A stretch of 64,000 nucleotides of DNA from positions 1,389,620-1,453,619 of the forward strand of contig BDGG01000004.1 in NCBI GenBank assembly GCA_001949185.1, read 5' to 3'. Shown in pieces: positions 22,286 through 32,743 of the stretch. Numbering within the stretch: the stretch's first letter is position 1; each line of letters opens with the position of its first letter. The position numbers and the translations under genes were made by a program. The stretch is from Ramazzottius varieornatus. Lineage: Eukaryota; Animalia; Tardigrada. The notes under the pieces are model-generated. The model was not told the DNA's origin. It ran no database searches and worked only from the letters and a program-made list of their open reading frames with translations.

Positions 22286-22620
22286 ATGCTCGAGATTACA
22301 AACGTCAAAAATGTCGGCGGCTCTTTTGATCTTGTCAAGAAAAACAGCGGCCAGTCTCGACGTACATGTGGGGACGATGACATAACAGTCTATACGGAAA
22401 GCACAGGGAAGAATCCATGCAATGGAACGAACCAGGAATTTCAAACCGCACCGGATGACATGTATCGAGCTTTTCATACCTTCTGGAAATTCCAAAGGGA
22501 CCGCAAAGGCCAAAGTAGTCGATAAGAACAGCAGAAGGATACTCGAAGCCAAAAAGGCAACTTCAGAGGCTGCCTTGTAGTTGACGATTACCATTTTGAG
22601 ATACTATCCTCTCGGCGTTA
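22286..22620 (+). pseudogene. Possible degenerate Ty3/Gypsy pol fragment
   Basis: LVKKNSGQSRRTCGD resembles LVKKKDG.LR.CVD, DDITVY resembles the YLDDIIV RT motif, and AL*LTITILRYYP resembles ALTTAPIL.YP. The region is heavily deleted and interrupted by stops. Confidence 0.25.
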
Positions 22621-25600
22621 TTATCCTCCATAACACCGGTAACACAAATAAGACACCCGCTTCTTCATATTATAATGGGAAGCTCAAGATACGGGACAAG
22701 TTCAAGAATATTCTCCATTCCGCATCAAAACACGCACTTGTTCCAACATATTAGGTTAGACGAGAACTTTCCGGACCAGGAAGAATTAAGTCAAAACGTC
22801 CAGACTGGTCAAATACAGTAGAAGACCCGAACGATAAGTCAAGCATGCAATCAGCGGAAAAAGATATTATTTCGTCTACTGCTATCAGCGCGAAACGATC
22901 TGATACACTTTTCATTCAGACAAACGTGACTGCGTGTACACTGAAGGGATGGAACGCCTTTGGAGTTTGGACCAATATTTTCGTCGCAGAACCTTATCGA
23001 TACCAGCAATATGTATGTTACCACAATTTGGCGCTCAGGCTAGACTGATAAGGGAACGCCCAGCCACTGACTCGATAGGAAGGAAGGCGTCCTCTCCTTC
23101 ACGCTCCGCCCTGTCCATCATTCATTCATCATCCTGGTACGGAACTGACCAGTGGTCAACCTACCAACGGGGATACTGACAAGCCGTCACTTGCCCATCA
23201 GCTAAGACCACAGATTAACGAGCTACAAGTCCCAACCAGCTGGACTTTCAAATCACCATCAGAATACTACATCATCGCCCAAGTATGACATCACAGCCAC
23301 CAGCTGGACGCGTAATCGGATTCACCGACCAGCAGACGTTCCTGAAGACACCATCCATAAACGTTCCGTCATCGAGTTAGAGTCCTTTCCGACAGCATGA
23401 AGCTACAGAACAGCAAAACGAACCTCGAAGTTACTATAAACGTATCACTCATCAGTGATATCTCTCTGTTTCGAGTATTCGCAAAACCGAAAGGGTCTTC
23501 GCAGTCCAGAGTCCCTGACAAAGAGCCTGGACCCATGATCTATGTGAAATTGTTTCGTTATGCAAATTTCCGTTAGATCGGCTTACGTTTCTTACCGTCT
23601 AAAACATCGGAAGCAAATATGCCAGCTGCTTCTTAATACATAAAGAATATTCACAGGATTCTCACGTTCGTCTATTCATCTTTATCTAATCACCGTGGCT
23701 AGACATTTCCTAATCAGCGATATGTTGGTTTTCCTGATGGTCACTGAAGTGTCATTTTGATACTCTACGGACATCCCGTCCAGTATGAAGAGCTAGCAGT
23801 CAAAATGAAAAAAGTCTAGTGTAGTTTTCCAAACAAGTTTGACAGACGGATCCTCGGTATCGGTCAATATTTTTCGACCATTATCGCGACGGACTCCACA
23901 GAGAAGCGTGGGTGTAAAATTGGTCTGCATATTTATGTTGGATCGGCGAAAACGAGAAGACCACTCAAGTGGTAGATGGGACCCTCATTTGATCAAACTG
24001 CGTTACTTTTCCCATATTAGTAAAACAAGACGACAAGAAGGATACATTGATGATTATTGCTATTCTAAACTCGATACACACTTCACTCGCTAAAGGTGGA
24101 CTGCTCAACTTTCCACCCCAACCGGTCCCTGTTTGTTTCTTCCTTAAGTGATCTCATTATCCACTTCAGCTCCCAAACATTTGCTACTTTTCCTGCCTAG
24201 ATGACCATATCAAAGTAGACAAGCGGGTTCAAACGACTGTTTTGCCAGAATGATCATCTCAAACAAAATTCCACATCCACATCAAGCCCTAGAAGAACGC
24301 CGGCACAACATGCATGTCTGGACACCGGAAAAACCAACCTTGCAGTACCCGCCGGTGAGCTGGTGCACGACGAATGCAAGGCTTCATTTAGCTTACAGGT
24401 GTGTCTCCTATCTAATTTTTTTCTTGGGTAATGAGTACGGTGTGATGATCATGATAAAGGAGTAACGTAAATAACCGAGATCGGCGAAACTTTCCACTAG
24501 ATGCAGAGTCGAGAGTTCGACGGAAAGCTGTCAGGACTGTATCGGAGACAAAGTGAGTCATTTTGAGCTGTTGATTGGTCCACTCGACTGAAAGATGAAG
24601 GTCTCACTGCACATCAGTATGCAAATGCGGCTAAGAGGATGCTGAAGTTGGCTTTCGTCAAAAGGGTCAAAGGTGGCAAAACATCACGTTTTCGCATTCA
24701 AATCATGAATAATTTAGCTTCAGACCGTCGGTAATCGAAACATTCTGAACCAGAATTTGTTCGGCGGCCTCCGAGGTCTCTTTTGAAGAGCTGCTGATCG
24801 TTACGGCTGCATGACTTCAAACTATATTCCGCTTTGACTAACACGAGAACGTAAAGGAATATAATAAGCGAAGCCATTGATCTCGGCATCAGCTGCCTAT
24901 CCTTCCAGGTAGTTTTCCTTCTGTGGTACAAAGACTGACCGCTGGGCGGTTGCCGTGTAAAACAATCTGTTGAGTGAGGTTATCCAACTCATTAAGACCT
25001 GCTACTCTCCAAGGATTGGACTGAAAGGTACCTGATGCTTCGCCGACCGTCTGCCACTCTTCCTTAGGATAATTGTCTACTCGCGATATCTTACCGCTAG
25101 CTGCAAGTTCCGTTCTGCTACCTTACGTAAGGCGGGTAGCATCTGTCATGAATCTTACGGCGCGATGGCAGCTGATCAAGCGACGCATAGCCATACTGAC
25201 CAGTGGTCACTCCAGACAAGATTACACACCTTACGAGTTACCACGAAGGTGGATTGGTTGGAAGAAGTAAGATGTCCTCACCTGGATAATTGCTACCGAC
25301 TGTACAAAATTACACAACCTTCATGTGCCCCTTCAGTGCATGACATCTTCTCGACAGCTGCTGGCTTCCGACACTGCGGTTACCGGCGGTAGAATCTGAA
25401 GTCAGAGTGATCTGCCAATCCAAAAAAGACGGCCATAAGGCTCTGGCTCTTGTCTTGTACGGCGCGAAAACCGGACAACCGCTAACCGTGCTTGACGGCA
25501 CATTTGTACTAGCTAGTAGTCAAAAAAATGAAGGGTGTCAGTCAGTGCAAAGTCCTTCACGCCTTTCAATCATGCTTCCGGAGTGTTACAGTCTCTGGAT

Positions 25601-27543
25601 ACCCGCACTTGTAACGTTTCTTTCTCGTTAGGTTCCAAGAAAATGACTACAAGACCTTCGCCTACTGAATGGTTCAATGGTCAGTGGTGGAAGCCAAGGC
25701 TACGTACGCTACTGAGCGATTCTTGGAAGATCTTCAACGCAGACCCGACTAGCACCAAGTCATGCCAGTGCAGAAACAGAAGCGGACCAACCAAATGAAA
25801 ATATTTTGACCAGAGTACGCACTTCCCATGAATACCAATGAAGCCGGGGGAACCACCGGTCGTTATGACGTAGTAACTTGACGTGCTTGTCACCGCAGTG
25901 ACGTCGTTGCGCGTGCTACATTGAACAGCTCGCCAGGGCTAGTCCACCATGCAATACCCACTATGCGCACAATAGCACCCTTCCCTATTTTGAACAAAGG
26001 AAGAATCCAAGAGAATTGAGGAAGCAACTGAGAAACCCACGACTTCTCTGCTGAAAATCGATAAATAATAAAATCATACAGAAACCACAAACCACCATCC
26101 AAGAAACAGTTCGTGTTTGAAACACATTTCCTTCTTACCTAATCTACGGCTGACGAATGTCGCATTATCCAAACACATCCCAAATCCAAACAGTGTAAGC
26201 AGGTTGAAGCGGAACATTTTCAAGGTAGACCGTCGAAGATCTCCTGCACGAAAATGGTTTTCAGTCCTAGGAAACCGGGTTAAGAAAGCCACAACAGTGG
26301 TCAGCCAGTACACCGAGTGGTCAGCCAGTGAGAAAGCCAGTTCACCGCTGATAAACCCTTACACCGCAAAAAAAGCGAACAAAGTATCATTCTGACGGAG
26401 CTGGAATGTGAAACTGGCGTAAAACGATCATCCGAGCTACGAACCTTGGCGGCGTAACCGATACGGCGCCTGCAGAACTATCAAGACTTGACCTGAAACC
26501 ACGTACCAAGTTTCAACCTCACGTAGGATGCCAGCCAGTTTTCTTGGAATTATATCGCACGATATGGGTGCTACCGCACTTCTAGCCAATACTTGCCACA
26601 TTGTAAGGGTGAAAGTCTCTGCTGTCTGGAACAGGAGACCAAACATCAACGAGCATTACACGCGGACGTGCTTGAGTATCACAAGTTGAAAACGAGCTCG
26701 CTGTGCACTGTCATATGCAACTCGTTAGAAAACTGACGGCACCGTCAAAATCGCACCAGGCAGTCACGCAGCAGCGGACGCAGGTATATCTTACCTGTAT
26801 GACTGTAGAGTACAGGTAGCTCCATTCATCTCCCAAGTCTTGCTCCCGTTGATCTTATCCGCAGAATTGTTTCCGGTATTGCAGACTGATGGATTATCAG
26901 TGCGCGGTCCCAAAGTCCGCCTGTTCTTCTTCCGGGTCTTGGCAGACACGAACGACGGCAAGGAGGTCCTGCAAAAGGACCGAAATTCATAGCCAGTCAA
27001 ATCCGGTTTCTGTTTCAGAAAACAAAGTTCCGGTGCTTGGATTCCCACAAGTTGATGTGAGACAGCAGTTCCATGTTTCGAGTTGAACCTTCCACATTAT
27101 TATAATGTTAGAATATGCGACTTCCAATGCAACCAGCGGAAACGATCTGGAAGAATACAGCCTCTGCTGTCACTGGCATACCGATAGCCTACCGCAATAC
27201 CTCTTACTGTAAACCGGTGCTGCCTCGCTTACGAGACGGTTCGTAGCTGAGAGCAGGTCCGGTAGCGCGCTCATATTCCAACATCCAGGGAAGGAAAACG
27301 GTCCTCCGTTAAGATGGAACAGAACTGCTTTTTGCAAATTTCCGTCCACCGCGTCCAAGCTCCCGTAGCCAGCAGCCAGTCTCTGCTTTGACTTGATGTT
27401 CTAACGATAGAACGAATCCGAAACTGATTCCATTTGTTCCGACATCATCTGCTGCTACGGAATTCCAGGACTAGAAACGATCTACGAGGAAAGGCTCGTG
27501 GCGTGCTAGATCGCATTCGAACAAAAGCTGGAAACAAAAGCAT

Positions 27544-27898
27544 TAGCTAGACTCAAAGCTGGCGTTTACCTAAATTTGGGCCGTTTGTTTAACTAAACGG
27601 ACGTTGGGATTGATCAAGCTCGCCAAACAGACCCCGCCCACTCAGTTTAGCTAAACGGAGCCTGTTAATCGCCTCCGTGATGTCGGCATCGTGCGCGAAA
27701 ATGTTCCGCTCAAAAAATTCCCTTCAATGTTTCTGACGTCACAGCCTTTTCTACGTCATTTGGTATGTTAGACTGTGATTGATTATTTCGGTACTCAGAC
27801 CTGAAATTTCAATTGATTACGTGATTGGTTGATTTACTTAAACAAACACCGTTTTTAAACGACTACTTTTACGTAAACGCCAGCTTTGAGTCTAGCTA
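27544..27898. mobile_element. MITE (~355 bp) with perfect terminal inverted repeats
   Basis: TAGCTAGACTCAAAGCTGGCGTTTAC (27544-27569) is the exact reverse complement of 27873-27898. A subterminal GTTTGTTTAA motif is also inverted. The flanks fit either a TA or an ATT target duplication. Confidence 0.85.
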
Positions 27899-28002
27899 TT
27901 GATGTGCTGCTAAACCTCGCCTTGATGGAGACTGGGACGCACAATCAAGCCCTTGATTGTTATCCGTAAATGCCTTATTGCGGGGTGGGTATCACACGTG
28001 CA

Positions 28003-31000
28003 CTACTGTATGCTCTCCCGAAATTCACGTACGTCACTGTTATTGCCACCGTATGAGAACTCTTTCTATGGTTTTACACTTTACACGCAGCTACACCAAG
28101 ACAGGTTGAATTAAAATGATTAATTTGATCGTCTTCGGATCAATGGTGTTTTGATCCATCAATCCTCGCCCCACCATCATGAGTGAGGAACCAGAAGATT
28201 CTTCAGAACCTGCGGTACCAGATCCGTTGAAGTGTGGAAAGTGGCTATGGAGCGAGATCAGCCGCAGGATTGAAGACGCATCAGCGAGGACAGCTCTGTC
28301 TGCGCAATCAGGGAATCAACGTCCCGGCTACGTTCAGATGTGAGGAGTGTGGCAGACTATTTCCATCCCAACATGGCCTATCGATCCACCTTGTCACCCA
28401 TGGATCCGTCCACCGTGCCAACCTGGCTACCCCGTTCAAGGAAGATGTCGAGAAAGCCGCGAAAGAGTATCATGGAAATGTGGAAGTTTCCAGAGGGCGA
28501 ATGTTACAGTGGAAAGCCAGTTTTCTTCGACTACGCAACGGTCGAGAAGTGGACCCGAAAGAACTGGACCAGCTGATGAGCGAGTTTTCAGATGAGCTGT
28601 CGAAGTGTATCGACTTCTTGCCCGGACCGAGAAATCCGAACAAGAAGTATACTGGCATACGGAAGAAGACCATAAGAAGGAAGAGCAGAGTCGGATACGG
28701 AACCTCGTCAAATCCCTCTCGTACGTCGAAGAGAGAGAAGGCCGAAAAGAAAGAGCAGCTGACCTACGACCAGGTCCAGTTCGACTACTACAACCAACGA
28801 CGACGAGTCATTCGAGCTGTTGCAGGTTCCGGGGGGAAGAGCTGTCAGATAAAGATCGAAAAGCTGGTGGAAGCCTTCGAGCCAAGATTTGCGACGGAGA
28901 AGACGAACGAGCGCGCGATGTATCAGTCAATCAGCGATGAGGAACAAGCAGCCATCGATGCACAGTTCGAGTCGACACTCAGTATCTCCGATGTCCGTGA
29001 CGCCGTGAAGAGGATTGCCGTTGATTCTGCAGCAGGTCCAGACAGAGTTCTGGTTCGTGTTATCAAGCAGGAGGCAGTTATGGAGGTTCTGGCAGTGATC
29101 GCGGCTGTGTTGCTGGAAATGAACGCGACGAAGGAGCACCCATTACCATCCGTGCTGCAGCTGGCTCTTACTGTACTAATCCACAAGGGAGGTGACGTCA
29201 CAGACGGAAACAACTACAGGCCGATTTCCATCTGTTCGGCCAGAAGAAGGGTACTGGAGCGTGTCGTCGATCGCCATCTCCGTCGGTACGGGTCCGTCAG
29301 TCGATTCCGACAAGGCTTTACCAGCGCTCCGGGCACTCACGTCAACGCATCGATCCTCGGATCAGTCTCGAAGAAAGCCCAAGCCGAGCAAAGTACCGTT
29401 GTTGTCGTTCTGCTCGACATCAAGCAAGCCTTTGAAGGGATTCTCCATGTCCACCTCAAGAAAACCCTCCGAGCTAGCCCGCTGCCAACGCTGGTACGTA
29501 ATCTCATTCTGTCTTTACAGGGTAGTAACAGAACGCAGTTGCAAGTAGGTGGTCAGCGATCATCAGCCATCCCAGTCAAGAAGGGAGTATTCCAAGGTGT
29601 GCCACTGTCCCCTATGCTGTACAACATGTCGACCGACTACGTCACGCGCAACATGACCGAGGCACCTATCGCTGAAGAATACGGATTTCCCCTGTGTGAA
29701 GGAGAACAGCCAGTGACATTCCTCGGCTTCGCTGACGACTCCACTGTTGTGGGTAAGTCACGTGAAGAAGCCATCCAGCTGACAGAAATGGCCATCGGAT
29801 TGTTCAAAGAGATCGGACTGGAAGTCAGCCCTACAAAGTCGAAAGCCATTGTGGTGGAGAACGGTGTTATGTCGGAAGTTCCTTTGTATTTGTCTTCAGG
29901 TGCAGTTATCGAAGCCACGAAGAAGGGAGAGAAAGTCAGGTACCTTGGAGCAACAGTCACGGACCAGCTCGACTTTGACCAAGGAGAAGTCATCAAGCAG
30001 TTGACCGATCAAGTGGATCGCCTCGTCCACTTCGCGCACCTTCATGCAGACCAGAAACTCAACTTGCTGAATCAGTGGCTATTGCCATCCATCATCTACC
30101 CTCTTCAGACTGCCCCTACCAACACCATCCTCAAAGTCTTCCTCCAAACGGTCGACAAGATTGTAAAGAGCACCGTAAGAGAAATACTTCAACTTCCGTC
30201 CGACACAGCGGAAGCCTTCATGTATGCCCCACGCAAGTACAGGGGACTTGGTCTAATGCGCGCAATATGGGAATCGCAGCTGCAACACATTTCCATCTGT
30301 CATGCACTGCTGAGGGATGGGAACAGGTACGTCGTTAACGTCAGAGATGTCGCCGGGGAGATCGAGACCTCAATAGCTGCGCTGAGTATCCCTCCCGAGA
30401 AAGTTCCACCACGCTACAATGAGTACGGCGGCCCTGTCAAGCCCACAAGAAAGATCCGAGAAGAGCTGCGCACAAGAGAGTTCGTACGGTGGTCACAGAT
30501 GGATCGCGCAGCAGGCGTTCACCAGTACAGAGTCCATACGCAGTCAAATAAGTGGGTCTACAATCGGTGTGGGCTCACTAACGCCGAATGGATCTCCTGC
30601 CTGAAGATGACGGTGAATGGAGTTCCAGTGAGAAGCCTCCACGGTAGAAGCAAGGACGGTCCAGCATGCAGAGCCCCTGGCTGTGAAGCTGAGCGTGAAA
30701 CCCTGTCCCATGTCCTTGGGTCTTGCCACAAAGGTAACTTGCTGCGGAATGCCAGACACAACAAGATACGGACAATGATCGCGGAAGCGTTGCGCGGAAA
30801 AGATGGCTTGGAAGTGTACGAGGAAGTGCCCTGTATCGCAGAGAACGACAGTTCGCGACGCGTCGACATCATCATCATCGACCGAGGGAAGAGCCAAGCC
30901 TGGATCGTGGATCCGATAGTACGGTACGAGGGCGGAGACCAACAAGCTACAGAAGTCGACAATGAAAAGAAAAGGATCTGCGAGCCTTGTGTTCGAGACC

Positions 31001-31394
31001 TGAAAAGAAAGTAGAGTACGAAGTGGAAGTGATCGGCCTCTACGTGGGAGCTCTGGGAACCATCTCCAGATTTTTTGTAGATTTTTGTAGTCTTTTTTCC
31101 CTGCCCAAAGATCTGATGAATCGTGTTTTGATATCGGAATTAAAAGGTTCGTGTAGTATTTTACATAATCATCTCTACAGCCAGCAGCCCGTTACAGCGG
31201 TCTGATTGTGATAATTTAACCTCGTTTTTCTACTGTTCAGAATATTCCAAATGTCTCTCTGTTTGATACCTAAAGGCTGATCCTAGCTTACAGTGTCCAC
31301 GTGGCAAACCAAGGGTGTTGGTCTGTGCAAACTTCACAATAAAGTTTGATTCGTCATGAGTGACGTACGTGAATTTCGAGAGAGTATACAGTAG
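28003..31394. repeat. 36-bp inverted repeat pair bracketing the retrotransposon
   Basis: CTACTGTATGCTCTCCCGAAATTCACGTACGTCACT (28003-28038) versus the reverse complement of 31359-31394, CTACTGTATACTCTCTCGAAATTCACGTACGTCACT: 34/36 identical. Confidence 0.9.
28179..31205 (+). mobile_element. Non-LTR retrotransposon of the restriction-like endonuclease (R2/NeSL-like) group; single ORF, frameshifted copy
   Basis: N-terminal zinc fingers (CGK[C]..HQRGQLC; CEECGRLF..HLVTH), RT motifs (AAGPD, NYRPIS, LDIKQAF, GVFQGVPLSP, FADD, YLG), CCHC knuckle (CRAPGC..ETLSHVLGSC), RHN motif and an RLE tail (RRVDIII..DP.VRYE..EKK). Probable true ATG at 28179. Frameshifts near 28240 and 31010; tail ends HNHLYSQQPVTAV* at 31205; AATAAA at 31338. 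Confidence 0.93.
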
Positions 31395-31425
31395 CGGTGC
31401 CTTTTGGTGCCTTTTTTCCACCTTA

Positions 31426-31459
31426 GAGCCTCTCTAATAAACGAGCCTCTCTAATAAAC
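31426..31459. repeat. Perfect 17-bp tandem duplication
   Basis: GAGCCTCTCTAATAAAC occurs twice in tandem (31426-31442, 31443-31459). Confidence 0.9.
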
Positions 31460-31691
31460 GCCTTCCGCAAGATGGAAAAGGTGCCGTAAAATACTGCAGG
31501 GTGCCCTTGATATAGTTGACTGAATTTCTGGTCATGATTACTCGGAACGCAAAAGTCTAGCGCGAGTATGACTCGATCAGGCGTGATTGGGATGTAAAGC
31601 AAGCTCGTGTACTAGCGGCCACTTTGCTGCTGTGATTCAGCAGTTTTGAATTTTGACTGGCTGTGGGCGGTGCATCTGCGGGGAAACAAGT

Positions 31692-32313
31692 TTAGTGCTG
31701 GCAAAAATACGATAAAATTCGATACGATATTTTTCGATACAATATCGGCGGATATTTTATCGCGGTCTTCGATATTCATTCGATATCGATATTTCGATAC
31801 GACATTTTTCCGTTACCGTGTTTTCGATACACGGTATCATATCGCATCGATATACCGATATTTCTGGAATTTTAATTTTTCGGAATTCCATTGGTCCAAG
31901 CCCAAAAACTCAAGAAGCCGATTTCCTTATGAAGTTTTACTAAGATCGAAAGCGTCGGATGCAGCAAAGACATGATTATACCAAGACTTCAAACACATGG
32001 AAACTTGGACAGAATTAATACCAGAACCGAATGGGTGGAGTGTGCTCGGTACACCATGGCCAAAACCAAGTTTTGAAATCAACCATGGTCTTCCGTAAAC
32101 GAGATATCACTGGCGAGTTTGACATCCAGCAAAATACCGATATATCGAAAATATATCGACATGGTGCGATACGATATTGCTGAATATTTCATTGCATTAT
32201 TCGATACGAGTTTCATATTGATATTTTCGATACGATATCTGCCGCATGATTTATCGCAAAGATTCGATATAATTCGACACGATATCGGTATAACGTATCG
32301 TTGCCAGCACTAA
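31692..32313. mobile_element. Foldback/MITE-like element with CGATA/TATCG-rich arms
   Basis: TIR TTAGTGCTGGCAAAAATACG versus the reverse complement of CGTATCGTTGCCAGCACTAA (18/20). Both ~170-190-bp arms are packed with CGATA/TATCG units around a unique core, and the ends are TA-bounded. Confidence 0.8.
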
Positions 32314-32743
32314 GTCGGTAGCTCAAGGTAGTTTGTCAATCGAACCCTAGTTCTGTTTTGCTCCAATCAATCGAACACACTCAATCTACCAACCTCAAGG
32401 CTGCGAATCGCAAACTCGTCAACGTTATATTCTCCAGAGTTAAGTATTTCAGACTTCAGAGTTCAGACTTCCCGTTGAAACATTCAAACTTCTTCTCATC
32501 CTCGATCTCCGAATCTGTTCTCTTTTCTGGAAGAAGCTAACTCAGGACGGTAAATCGTAGTAAGAGATCTCCGTAGTGGCGGGAATAAGCGACAACATTG
32601 CGGCCGACTTTCGTTTCAGCGATTAGACGTGTGATCATAGCAGCTGGACGGAAGTCGGGATTACCTTTATACCGGAAGTTCATCTTCGGAATCGGAACAG
32701 TATCTGTTTTCGCACCGGCTCGAAGTGTCGTATACCGAGAAGG

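Noticed and set aside
27900-28178. HDV-like ribozyme at the retroelement 5' end, as in R2
   Set aside because: Only small hairpins are visible (ACAATCAA/TTGATTGT, TTGATC/GATCAA). I could not build the nested double pseudoknot; a structure-descriptor search is needed.
27900-31500. rDNA, U2 snRNA, spliced-leader or tRNA target site flanking the retroelement
   Set aside because: Neither flank resembles these RNA genes as far as I can recognise.
31700-32300. CRISPR-like array or coding ORFs (31646-31975, 32119-32313) in the CGATA-rich region
   Set aside because: The repeats are short and irregular with no repeat-spacer periodicity, the context is eukaryotic, and the ORFs are low-complexity by-products of the repeats.
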